From: SAR202 cluster bacterium Io17-Chloro-G4 | Lineage (GTDB): Bacteria; Chloroflexota; Dehalococcoidia; Lucifugimonadales; UBA3495 | NCBI GenBank assembly: GCA_002816455.1 | Contig: MUCR01000017.1 | Span: forward strand, 6,702 to 70,701 | Direction: 5' to 3' | Length of the DNA: 64,000 bases | In this document: positions 7,785 to 16,539 of the stretch, in pieces | Numbering within the stretch: position 1 is the first letter of the stretch | How the letters are laid out: every line of letters starts with the position of its first letter | Notes under the pieces: model-generated | The model's input: only the letters and a program-made list of their open reading frames with translations | What the model was told of the DNA's origin: nothing | Databases searched by the model: none | Position numbers and translations under genes: made by a program

Positions 7785-9431
7785 ATGAGCAACCACAATA
7801 ACCCAGGCCAGGGACCACTGCCATGGGAATCCTCCCTGGGTGATTTCTTTGAGCTTGCGGTTGAGAAATCTCCGGACAAGGAGTTTGTGGAGATCTCAGG
7901 TCAGGAGTTCACCTACCGCCAGGTCCATGAGAAGGCACAGCAAACGGCCTCAATGTTTCTGGGGATCGGCGTCAGCCATGGCGACCGGGTCTGTTTGTTC
8001 ATGCCCAACTGCCCCGAGTACCTTTTCTGCTGGTTCGGATTGTCCATCTTAGGCGCAATCGGCGTTCCCGTTAACACCGCATACAAGCGGGACGAGATGG
8101 CATTTATCCTCAACGACTCGGAAGCCAAGGCCATGGTGGCTCATCAATCTTTGGCAACTGTAGCCCAGGAAGCGGCGATTTTGGCGCCTAGTGTTGAACA
8201 CAAACTGTTGGTCGCAGACGTGGACGGCTCCGCTGTGGATGAACAAAATATCTCCGGGTGGACAGGGTTCAGCCAAGCCCTTGACCAGGCGGCCGTTTTG
8301 GCTTCCCGGCCCGAAGTGGCCCCAGATTCCGTTTGCATGCTGGTTTACACGTCGGGTACTACCGGAAACCCCAAGGGAGTCATGGTTACCCACAAGATGT
8401 ACGTGGCGGCCGGCCAGGGGTTTGCTAGTTGGACAAGAGCCAAGCCTGAGGACCGGTTCTTTACTTGCCTGCCCTTTTACCACGCCAACATCCAGTATTA
8501 TTCCACTATGGGCGCTATGGCGGCGGGCGCAACCTTGGTGATTGCTGATCGTTTCAGCGCCTCCCGCTTTTGGGACCAAGTGCGGGAAGCCAAGGCTACC
8601 GTGGTCAACTTCATCGGCATGATGATGCCCGTTTTAGCCAAGAACGACGAATCGCCTGACGACAACGAGAATACGGTGCGGCTCTTCTATGGTTCTCCCT
8701 CATTTTCTCCCGAGTTCCTGGCCAGCTTCCAAGAAAGGTTCGGCACGGACATTATTGTCGGTTTCGGCATGACTGAGACCTGTTACGGCACCATCGAAGT
8801 CATCGGTCAGGAGCGCCGGTCCGGTTCTTCCGGCTTGGCCCGGCAACATCCCGATCCCAGGTTTGTTAATGAAATTCGCATCTCCGACCAAGAATCCGGT
8901 GAGCCCATCGGCACTGGCATTGTGGGAGAGATTACGATAAAAAACCCGGCGACGATGCCCGGCTACTGGCGCAATGAAGAGCAGACCCAGTTTTCATTGC
9001 GGGACGGTTGGTTATACACCGGAGACTTGGGCTGGTTGGACGATGACGGCTTCTTGTACTTCGTTGACCGGAAGAAGGACATCATCCGCCGCAGAGGCGA
9101 AAACATCTCTTCCCAAGAGGTCGAAGACGTTATCAAGCGCCACCCAAATGTCCTGGATTGCGCCGTCGTCGCGGTGCCATCGGAACTGGGCGAAGACGAA
9201 GTAAAAGCCTACGTTTTGCCCCGCCAAGGCGCCGTTGTCAGTCCCGAGGATGTGGTCCACTGGTGCGCCGACAATTTGGCCTACTTTAAGGTGCCCAGGT
9301 ACCTAGAGATGCGAGAAGACCTGCCCCGCACGCCAAGCCTCCGGGTGCGTAAAGACCTGCTGAGGCAGGAACGTGAAGACCCCACCGAAGGCTGCTTCGA
9401 CAGGGAGGCTGCTGGGATAAAGCTAAGGTGA
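7785..9431 (+). CDS. AMP-dependent acyl-CoA synthetase/ligase (ANL superfamily)
   Basis: Contains YTSGTTGNPKGV (P-loop-like A3 motif), GYWRNEE, YTGDLG and RRGENIS. The start was chosen at ATG 7785 (MSNHNNPG...) rather than the track's 7695. Confidence 0.85.
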   Translation: MSNHNNPGQGPLPWESSLGDFFELAVEKSPDKEFVEISGQEFTYRQVHEKAQQTASMFLGIGVSHGDRVCLFMPNCPEYLFCWFGLSILGAIGVPVNTAYKRDEMAFILNDSEAKAMVAHQSLATVAQEAAILAPSVEHKLLVADVDGSAVDEQNISGWTGFSQALDQAAVLASRPEVAPDSVCMLVYTSGTTGNPKGVMVTHKMYVAAGQGFASWTRAKPEDRFFTCLPFYHANIQYYSTMGAMAAGATLVIADRFSASRFWDQVREAKATVVNFIGMMMPVLAKNDESPDDNENTVRLFYGSPSFSPEFLASFQERFGTDIIVGFGMTETCYGTIEVIGQERRSGSSGLARQHPDPRFVNEIRISDQESGEPIGTGIVGEITIKNPATMPGYWRNEEQTQFSLRDGWLYTGDLGWLDDDGFLYFVDRKKDIIRRRGENISSQEVEDVIKRHPNVLDCAVVAVPSELGEDEVKAYVLPRQGAVVSPEDVVHWCADNLAYFKVPRYLEMREDLPRTPSLRVRKDLLRQEREDPTEGCFDREAAGIKLR

Positions 9432-9434
9432 GCT

Positions 9435-9559
9435 AGCTGTCAGCGCTCAGCCATCAGCATTCAGCTTTTGGGTCCGGTGGAGGTTCTGGATTAGAATCAA
9501 AGAAAGCGGCGCGATTCAACGGTTTTTAGCTGATAGCTGAACGCTAATAGCTGAATGCT
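9435..9559. repeat. Repeat family 4 (CAGCTGA/TAGCTGA-rich arms) forming an inverted pair around a ~60-bp spacer
   Basis: The arms are AGCTGTCAGCGCTCAGCCATCAGCATTCAGCT (9435-9466) and AGCTGATAGCTGAACGCTAATAGCTGAATGCT (9528-9559). Confidence 0.7.
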
Positions 9560-9574
9560 ATAAAGGAGCTAATT

Positions 9575-10051
9575 TTGGCGGAAAAAAGGTACTGGTTATT
9601 TAAATCCGAGCCAACCGCTTACTCCTACGCGGACCTTCAGGGCGAAACAGGCGGAATTGCGGAATGGGACGGAGTGAGGAATTATCAGGCCCGTAACCTG
9701 ATTAGGGACGAAATGAAATCCGGCGACGGTGTGCTTTTTTACCACAGCAGCGCCAACCCAATGGCGGTAATTGGCACCGCGCTGATCGTTAAAAATGCCT
9801 ACCCTGACGCCACCGCATGGGACCCAAATGACAAGCACTACGACCCTAAAAGCACGCCCGGCAACACGGTCTGGATGGTGGTGGATATCCAAGCCGACCA
9901 GGAATTCCCCAAGCAGGTGACGTTGCAAGAAATCAAGGACAATCCAAAACTGCAAAACATGATGGTTGCTAGGAGAGGGATGCGTTTGTCGGTCCAGCCG
10001 GTGACCGCCGAGGAGTGGGCCGAGGTCCTTCTTATGGGAGGTCTCAGCTAA
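9575..10051 (+). CDS. EVE (PUA-like) domain protein
   Basis: YWLFKSEP...WDGVRNYQARNLIRDEMKSGDGVLFYHS is the canonical EVE-domain N-terminus. It has a TTG start 6 nt after AAGGAG. Confidence 0.8.
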   Translation: MAEKRYWLFKSEPTAYSYADLQGETGGIAEWDGVRNYQARNLIRDEMKSGDGVLFYHSSANPMAVIGTALIVKNAYPDATAWDPNDKHYDPKSTPGNTVWMVVDIQADQEFPKQVTLQEIKDNPKLQNMMVARRGMRLSVQPVTAEEWAEVLLMGGLS

Positions 10052-10107
10052 AGGGGGCGGTCTTACTTAAAGCAGAGGCGGTCTTGGCCCATCATAGGAG
10101 GCAAACC

Positions 10108-10917
10108 ATGGCGGAGTACAGCTACGAGACTCTTTTAGTCGACAAGAATGATGACATATTGACCATCACCTTGAACCGTCCCGAGCGCTTAAACGCCGTG
10201 GACGAAACCATGCACAAAGAACTAGAGACTGTCTTTGCCGAGGTGGGCAATGACCCCGATGTGAGCGCGGTGGTTTTGACCGGCGCCGGACGGGGGTTTT
10301 GCTCCGGCGGCGACGTGCGGGCCATGGATGAAAGGGGCGGAGCCATCGCCTTGCAGAGCCGGCCCTTGGGCGCTGTTTCCCAAGGAGGGCGCCGGATTAT
10401 ACATAATATGTTATGGGTGGAGCAGCCGATGATCTGCGCCCTAAACGGCGTGGCTGCTGGCCTAGGGGCCACAATCGCTCTGTTTTGCGACGTTATCTAT
10501 GCCTCCGACCAAGCTCGGATTGGCGACACCCATGTGCGGGCTGGCTTGGTGGCCGGTGACGGCGGAGCGGTCATTTGGCCTCTGCTGATCGGGGTGGCCA
10601 AGGCTAAAGAACTGCTCATGACCGGAGACATCATTGATGCCAACGAAGCGGAACGCATCGGTCTGATCAACAAGGTGGTTCCCCATGATGAGTTAATGGA
10701 GACGGTGATGGATCTGGCCCACCGCTTGGCCACGGGCCCGGCTCTGGCGATACGGGGCACCAAACATGCCATGAACAAGAAAATCTGGAACGATTTGAAC
10801 CTGGCCTTGGATATGGGCCTATCCCTGGAAGCCCGTAGCGCCGGTCACCCGGACCACCAAGAAGCGGCCAAGGCTTTCGTGGAGAAGAGAGCTCCCCAAT
10901 ACAAAGGAACGATTTAA
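10108..10917 (+). CDS. Enoyl-CoA hydratase/isomerase (crotonase fold)
   Basis: Contains ITLNRPERLNAV, VVLTGAGRGFCSGGD and C-terminal AFVEKRAP. The start was chosen at ATG 10108 after AGGAGG. Confidence 0.85.
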   Translation: MAEYSYETLLVDKNDDILTITLNRPERLNAVDETMHKELETVFAEVGNDPDVSAVVLTGAGRGFCSGGDVRAMDERGGAIALQSRPLGAVSQGGRRIIHNMLWVEQPMICALNGVAAGLGATIALFCDVIYASDQARIGDTHVRAGLVAGDGGAVIWPLLIGVAKAKELLMTGDIIDANEAERIGLINKVVPHDELMETVMDLAHRLATGPALAIRGTKHAMNKKIWNDLNLALDMGLSLEARSAGHPDHQEAAKAFVEKRAPQYKGTI

Positions 10918-10939
10918 AGCCCTACGAATCTCGGTCGTT

Positions 10940-11012
10940 GTCATTCTGAGGAGCGCAGCGAGCGAAGAATCTCAGGCGTGGCGAAGAGATTCTTCACGTT
11001 GCTCAGAATGAC
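10940..11012. repeat. Repeat family 3 hairpin (GTCATTCTGAGGAGCG...GAAGAATCTC / GAGATTCTTC...CTCAGAATGAC)
   Basis: A long imperfect palindrome directly 3' of the hydratase stop. Related copies lie at 19604 and 35062. Confidence 0.8.
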
Positions 11013-11093
11013 TGCGTGGGTTATTCGGGAGGTTCCAAGGTCGGCATTCGGCAACCGGTTGCTGACCATTAATGCCATTTAGTCGAGAGATCT

Positions 11094-12719
11094 GTGAATA
11101 ACCAAGACATTGAGGCGGCGAAAGAATATCACGAGTCCACCAAGCTGGCCTACATAAATTTGTCCAACAAGCCGCCCCTGTACAAAGCCTACTCCGGCCT
11201 GCCCGAGATTCCGTTGCCTACGGACTTCACCCCGCCACAAACGCCCACGTTAGAAGCTGTAGGTAGTGCACCAGAAATCCCCTCCGACCCTCCTTTACAC
11301 ATGGGGGGAGAGAGATTAGACTTAGCTGAGCTAGCCCGGCTGCTGCACTTCTCAGCGGGGGTGTTGCACAAACGGCAGCTGCCCGTGGCCGGCGAGGTTC
11401 ACTACCGAGCGGCTGCCTCGGCTGGTGCGTTATATCCAGTAGAGGTCTACGTCGTAACGGGCGACATCCCCGGCCTAGAAGCTGGGGTTTATCACTTCTC
11501 CCCCGACAGATTCACGCTGACTCAACTGAGAAAGGGCGACTACCGTGGGGAGTTGGCGGCAGCAACAGGAAGTGACATAGCAATTGCCGAAAGCCCAATG
11601 ACACTGGCGTTTACAGCCGTGTTTTGGCGGAGCGCCTGGAAGTACCGCGTCAGGAGCTACCGTTACTGCTTCTGGGATGCAGGGACTATTTTGGCCAACA
11701 TGCTGGCGGCCGTCAGGGGAGGAGCGGGCCTGCCAGCACGGCTGCTGACCGGCTTTGTGGACCAAGAAGTGAATGCGCTGCTGGACTTGTACTCCGAACG
11801 AGAAGCCGCCCTGTGCCTGACGCCCATAGGAATAGCCAAGGCCGCTACGGGCACGGAGACATCCGGGCCGATTTCCAGCATTAAGGACGGATCCGGCCAG
11901 GGATTCGAAGGTGAGATTAGCTACCCAGAGATAATCCAGGTCCATGCGGCTTCCAACCTGGCTAACCAGCAAGAGGTGCTAGCCTGGCGGCAAGCGGCGG
12001 CTAATGGAGGCAGCTCTGCACCCGAAGGGGCAACGAATACTCCCAGCTCCGTTTTTGAAGATGGGAATCCTCGAGAGTCCCAGCCTCTGGGAGACGCCAT
12101 TGCGGGTCGAGGCTCCACCCGGCGTTTTGCGCGGACCAACATCTCCCTATCCCAGTTCGGCGCAATCCTGAATAACTCCACCAAGCCACTGCCAGCGGAT
12201 TTTCTTGCCGGGGAATCTGTCAGCCTGTTGGACCCATACGTCATTGTCAATGGAGTGGACGGCCTGGAGCCGGGCGCATACTATTTTTCACTGGTCCAAC
12301 GGCGCTTGGAGTTGCTGAAAAAGGGAGACTTTCGGGAAGAGGCCGGCCATTTGTGCTTCGAGCAGGCGTTGGGGGCAGACGCAAGCGCCGTGGTTTACTT
12401 TTTGGCCGACTTGGACCGGATATTGGGCCAGTACGGTAACCGGGGTTACCGGGCCGCCCAGTTGGAAGCGGGGGTCATGGCCGGAATCGCTTATCTTTGC
12501 GCCCATTCCTTGGGCCTGGGCGCTACCGGCATGACCTTTTACGACGACGACGTTACCGAGTTCTTTTCACCCCATGCGGTGGGTAAAAGCATGATGTTCC
12601 TGGTTGCATTAGGCAAGACAGATGAGGTGAACCGGGTCCGTCCCTTCCGCTCTAAAATAGGCGTGCTTTTGGACTCTTTGGCCCGCGGCGCAGGGCAGCG
12701 GCTTGGCGGGTCGACGTAA
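11094..12719 (+). CDS. SagB/ThcOx-type dehydrogenase, two nitroreductase-like domains
   Basis: It has the N-terminal KEYHESTK motif and two repeated nitroreductase-like halves (...YRAAASAGALYPVEVY... and ...YRAAQLEAGVMAG...). The start is GTG. Confidence 0.65.
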   Translation: MNNQDIEAAKEYHESTKLAYINLSNKPPLYKAYSGLPEIPLPTDFTPPQTPTLEAVGSAPEIPSDPPLHMGGERLDLAELARLLHFSAGVLHKRQLPVAGEVHYRAAASAGALYPVEVYVVTGDIPGLEAGVYHFSPDRFTLTQLRKGDYRGELAAATGSDIAIAESPMTLAFTAVFWRSAWKYRVRSYRYCFWDAGTILANMLAAVRGGAGLPARLLTGFVDQEVNALLDLYSEREAALCLTPIGIAKAATGTETSGPISSIKDGSGQGFEGEISYPEIIQVHAASNLANQQEVLAWRQAAANGGSSAPEGATNTPSSVFEDGNPRESQPLGDAIAGRGSTRRFARTNISLSQFGAILNNSTKPLPADFLAGESVSLLDPYVIVNGVDGLEPGAYYFSLVQRRLELLKKGDFREEAGHLCFEQALGADASAVVYFLADLDRILGQYGNRGYRAAQLEAGVMAGIAYLCAHSLGLGATGMTFYDDDVTEFFSPHAVGKSMMFLVALGKTDEVNRVRPFRSKIGVLLDSLARGAGQRLGGST

Positions 12720-12730
12720 CAGCAATGTTA

Positions 12731-13552
12731 CTAGCCCAGAGCCTTCTTTCGGACGTATTCCAGGGCCATCTGCATGTGCCACTCCATGGCCCCGATGCCC
12801 ACCACTTGGACCCCTAATTCGAAGAACCTCTTGGCCGAGGCAGCCATGGAGTCGAAGTCGGGAGAGTCAAGCCCCAGGTTATACATTACCCCGGCGCCGT
12901 ATTTCTCGGCCGTCTTCACCGCTTTTTCCACCAAGGACAAGACTTTAGGATGCTCGTACTTAAACGGGACGCCCAAGATCTTGCTTACGTCCCCCGCCGC
13001 CAACCAGACGAGCCGGATGCCGTCCAAGGCAAAAATCTCATCCAGGTCCCTGAGACCGCCCTCACTTTCCACGGTGGGTATTATCAGTGTGCTTTCCGAC
13101 ACCCGCTGAGCGAACTCCGGGAATTCCTCGGCGGAGGCGAATCGTTTTAGGTGGATCAGCCGGTGCCAATCGGTTTTTAGACCCATGAGTTCTCGCACCT
13201 CCTCTTTTGAGGAAACGGAGATGGTCACGGCGGTGGCGCCCAGAGACAGTGCCCTAGCGGCGTCCGACACGGTCCGCCGGTCCACTCCGGGGTCGGACTC
13301 GCCCGAGGACCATGGATAGGCTTGGACCCGGATCATCGGAGAAATGCCAGTACCCCTGGCTGCACGGACCAGATGAGCGATGCTGTCCCAATCGTGGGCG
13401 GTGAACATCATGTCGGCCATAAAGCAGTCGTAGCCCGCCAGTCCGGCCACCTCCACCATATTGGGATGGCTGAAAACGTAGGCGCACATGGAAGGCTTGC
13501 CGCTATTTAGGTTGGCCAAGAGGCGGTCGTTGGTCTCGTTGGGAAACAGCAT
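12731..13552 (-). CDS. HpcH/HpaI aldolase/citrate-lyase-beta-like protein
   Basis: The layout is TIM-barrel aldolase-like (GYDCFMADMMFTAHD, MIRV, IIPTVESEGGL, LVWLAAGD). The start was chosen at ATG 13552, 5 nt after AGGAG; the track begins at TTG 13600. Confidence 0.7.
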   Translation of the reverse strand: MLFPNETNDRLLANLNSGKPSMCAYVFSHPNMVEVAGLAGYDCFMADMMFTAHDWDSIAHLVRAARGTGISPMIRVQAYPWSSGESDPGVDRRTVSDAARALSLGATAVTISVSSKEEVRELMGLKTDWHRLIHLKRFASAEEFPEFAQRVSESTLIIPTVESEGGLRDLDEIFALDGIRLVWLAAGDVSKILGVPFKYEHPKVLSLVEKAVKTAEKYGAGVMYNLGLDSPDFDSMAASAKRFFELGVQVVGIGAMEWHMQMALEYVRKKALG

Positions 13553-13692
13553 GGGCGCTCCTAAGTTGAAAATTCCCAATCGTGGTTGTCCCATTGGCAA
13601 CGGTTTGGGACTTGAGGCAGGTCATAACACAACAAATTAAAACCGGGCGAGAAGTGACCTCGCCCGGATAATTGACCGGATGGTGCGGGCGT

Positions 13693-13923
13693 TCAGTCCT
13701 GTTGCAGGTCAGCTGCGTCCAAAACTCGAAAACCGATGCCCAGTTTGACCTGGTACCAAGCGGCCTTGCCGTCTTGGATATTGCCGCGAATCTCCTTCAC
13801 CTCGAACCAGTCAAGGTTTCTAAGTGTTTGGCTGGCCCGGTTAATCGCCCCATCAATCGCTTGCTGCACACCTTCGGAAGAAGAGCCCACCAACTCAACA
13901 ACTTTGTAGGTATTGTCGGTCAT
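13693..13923 (-). CDS. Dodecin-family flavin-binding protein
   Basis: 76 aa. YKVVELVGSS...AI..AI.RAS.TLRNLDWFEV.E.RG.I.DGK...YQV.L..GF matches the dodecin pattern. Confidence 0.8.
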   Translation of the reverse strand: MTDNTYKVVELVGSSSEGVQQAIDGAINRASQTLRNLDWFEVKEIRGNIQDGKAAWYQVKLGIGFRVLDAADLQQD

Positions 13924-13986
13924 ATCCAGCCTCCATTAAACGATTTCCTATTACGGTTCACTATGCGTAGACAAGAAGTCCCCGGC

Positions 13987-15159
13987 TCAGGTGACCACTC
14001 CTTGGGGCTTGAAAGCAGGGATAACTTCTTTCGCGAAACGGGTGAGTTGCTCCTTGAATTGAGCCTTGGTCGCGCCCATGGGGAAACCGATCATCACCTG
14101 CTCCACGCCGGGATACTTTTCTTCGATTTCTTTTAAGTATTCGACGGTGGATTCAGGGGTGCCGGCAAACCAAGCCTTCTTATCCAGTACGTCCCGGAAG
14201 TCGCTGCCTGCCGCAATGTGCCGGGCGACGCCGCCTGGGCCGATCTCCTTCATCTGCTCTTCAGTGTACCGGAGCATGCCCAATGGAGCGGCGAATTTGA
14301 CGTGCTCTTCGAACAACGGCTCCAAAGCCTTCTCGGCCTTTGCCACCGTGTCATCCACCTGGGCCCACAGGCCCAGCGCAAGGTTGCCGCCCAGAGGCAA
14401 TTCGCGCCCGTATTTGGCGTTAGCCGCTTGGAACTTTCGCATGTACTCGTCGACGTAGTCGGTGTGAGTGCCCAAGATCAGACCCTTTATTCCGTGCTTT
14501 GCCATGAAGTCCATGCCCCGCTCGCTACCTGAAACCACCGGCTGCCAAACGTCCACTGGGCGGTTGACCGGACGAGGCACCACAGTAATCTCCTTCAGCG
14601 TGTAACCGCGGTAGGGCACCTCGGGCGGAAGAGTGTAATGTTTGCCTTTGTGGGCGAACGATTCCTCGTTGAAGGCCTTCATCACGATTTCGAACTGCTC
14701 TTCAAACAACTCACGGTTGGCGTTGGGGTCCAGCATCGGCGCGCCGAAGGTCTCCACCTCTCTGGAGTGGTAGCCGCGGCCGACTCCGAAGATGACCCGG
14801 CCGCCGGTGAGGATGTCAACCATGGCAAAGTCTTCGGCCAAGCGGATGGGGTGCCACATGGGCAGAATGTTAAATCCGCAGCCGAACTTCAGGTTCTTGG
14901 TAAATTGGCACAGGTATTGGCTCAATATGAGCAGGTTGGGGATGCACTCATAGCCTTCCCGCTGGAAGTGGTGCTCCGCCATCCACAAAACGTCATATCC
15001 CAGCTCATCCATATAGATGGCCGAGTCCTTCGCAATATCGAAGACTTCGATGAGCCGGTCATTGGAGTACCAGCGGTCATCGTGAGGGGTGCCGTTAAAG
15101 CCAACGCCCTCGCCTTCGAGTATGTGTCCCGCGTACAAGGTCGAGAATGATGTGATCAT
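13987..15159 (-). CDS. LLM-class (luciferase-like) flavin-dependent monooxygenase/oxidoreductase
   Basis: Contains WMAEHHF, ILTGGRVIFGVGRGY and related segments. The start was chosen at ATG 15159, 5 nt after GGGAGA. Confidence 0.85.
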   Translation of the reverse strand: MITSFSTLYAGHILEGEGVGFNGTPHDDRWYSNDRLIEVFDIAKDSAIYMDELGYDVLWMAEHHFQREGYECIPNLLILSQYLCQFTKNLKFGCGFNILPMWHPIRLAEDFAMVDILTGGRVIFGVGRGYHSREVETFGAPMLDPNANRELFEEQFEIVMKAFNEESFAHKGKHYTLPPEVPYRGYTLKEITVVPRPVNRPVDVWQPVVSGSERGMDFMAKHGIKGLILGTHTDYVDEYMRKFQAANAKYGRELPLGGNLALGLWAQVDDTVAKAEKALEPLFEEHVKFAAPLGMLRYTEEQMKEIGPGGVARHIAAGSDFRDVLDKKAWFAGTPESTVEYLKEIEEKYPGVEQVMIGFPMGATKAQFKEQLTRFAKEVIPAFKPQGVVT

Positions 15160-15476
15160 GTGTGTCTCCCAGGTTAATTTCGTTTCGCCCAATCCGCGTG
15201 GGGTAGTGTTTCGGGTATTATTCACCTTCTTGGGTGATTCTGGCCATACCCAAATGCCTGAGTAAGCAGGGCCGATTGGCGTCTCAACAACAATCCAATT
15301 GCTCTTACCAACAACTTGTACATCGGGTTAATTAGATTCAGTGGAGACGGGGACGCCAACGGTCTATAATCCCGTGTGGTTGGCCAGATTGCTAGGGTTG
15401 CTGCGTCCGCAGAGCCGGCCATCGGAATTAATGTGTAGTCACTGAACAACCAGCTTATCTAAAGAGAGGTAAACAA

Positions 15477-16427
15477 ATGGAAACGATTGGATTTATCGGT
15501 CTGGGAAACATGGGCGGAGGCATGGCGAACAACATCCAAAAAGCGGGCTATCCCATGGTTGTTTACGACCTGCGGGAAGAAGCAGCCCGGCCTTTATTGG
15601 ACGGCGGCGCGCGGCTGGCCAACTCCCCGGAAGAAGTTGCCGGCCTTTGCGAGGTAACTTTCACTTCATTGCCAGGCCCCAAAGAAGTCGAGGAAGTGTC
15701 GCTGGGCGCCGAAGGAATCTTGGCGGGTATTAAGTCCGGCGGTATTTTTATCGACCTGTCTACCAGCCGGCCGACATTGATACGAGAGATCGAGCCCCAA
15801 TTCCGGCAAAAAGGCGCCCACGTGTTGGACGCTCCCATCAGTGGGGGCAAGAGCGGCGCAGCCAGCGGAAATTTGGCGGTGATGGTTGGTGGAGAGCGGG
15901 AGATATTCGACCGTGTTAAACCCCTGCTGGATTCATTCGGCGACAAGGTTTTCTACGCCGGGGAAATTGGGGCGGGCAGTGTGGCCAAATTGGTGCACAA
16001 CATGATCGGTCACGGGGTCAGGCAGGCCATCGCCGAGGGAATGACGCTTGGCGTCAAGGCCGGCGTGGAACCCGAGGCCTTGTGGCAATGCGTGCGCCGG
16101 GGAGCGTTAGGCCGAATGAGCGGTCTCCACGAAGGTATGGCCAAGACGGTATTCACGGGCGAGTTCGATCCGCCGAGCTTCGCTTTGGCCCTATCCCGGA
16201 AGGACATCGGCCTGGCCACTGAACTGGGAAAAGAGTTTAACGTCCCGATGCCGGTGGCCAACCTGGCGGAGCAAATCGCCATCCAGGGCATGAACCGGGG
16301 TTGGGGCAACCGGGACAGCAGCGTTACCTTCTTGCTTCAAGAAGAGCAAGCTGGCGTGGAAGTGCGGGTGACCGGCGTTGACGTGGAAAAAGCCGCCCGG
16401 TTTATTTCCACTCATCCAGAGCTATAG
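15477..16427 (+). CDS. NAD(P)-dependent 3-hydroxyisobutyrate/6-phosphogluconate-dehydrogenase-family oxidoreductase
   Basis: It has a GFIGLGNMGGGMA Rossmann motif and the family's C-terminal helical domain. Confidence 0.85.
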   Translation: METIGFIGLGNMGGGMANNIQKAGYPMVVYDLREEAARPLLDGGARLANSPEEVAGLCEVTFTSLPGPKEVEEVSLGAEGILAGIKSGGIFIDLSTSRPTLIREIEPQFRQKGAHVLDAPISGGKSGAASGNLAVMVGGEREIFDRVKPLLDSFGDKVFYAGEIGAGSVAKLVHNMIGHGVRQAIAEGMTLGVKAGVEPEALWQCVRRGALGRMSGLHEGMAKTVFTGEFDPPSFALALSRKDIGLATELGKEFNVPMPVANLAEQIAIQGMNRGWGNRDSSVTFLLQEEQAGVEVRVTGVDVEKAARFISTHPEL

Positions 16428-16453
16428 CGGTCCGCATTTAGTGTTGCTTGGAC

Positions 16454-16498
16454 GAAAAAATCCCCCGGCTGCTTTTTAAAGCAGCCGGGGGATTTTTT
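16454..16498. terminator. Bidirectional Rho-independent terminator
   Basis: AAAAAATCCCCCGGCTGC-ttttta-AAGCAGCCGGGGGATTTTTT, a GC-rich stem flanked by an A-run and a T-run. It sits between convergent genes ending at 16427 (+) and 16540 (-). Confidence 0.85.
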
Positions 16499-16539
16499 GG
16501 GTCATAGCTGGAGGGCGGACGGCGACTGGGAATTTTGTG

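Noticed and set aside
15222-15449. ORF 15222-15449 (-) between the LLM gene and the dehydrogenase gene.
   Set aside because: It overlaps the extended but unsupported 5' part of the LLM ORF, has no SD, and has no recognisable motif. The region is more plausibly a divergent promoter region.
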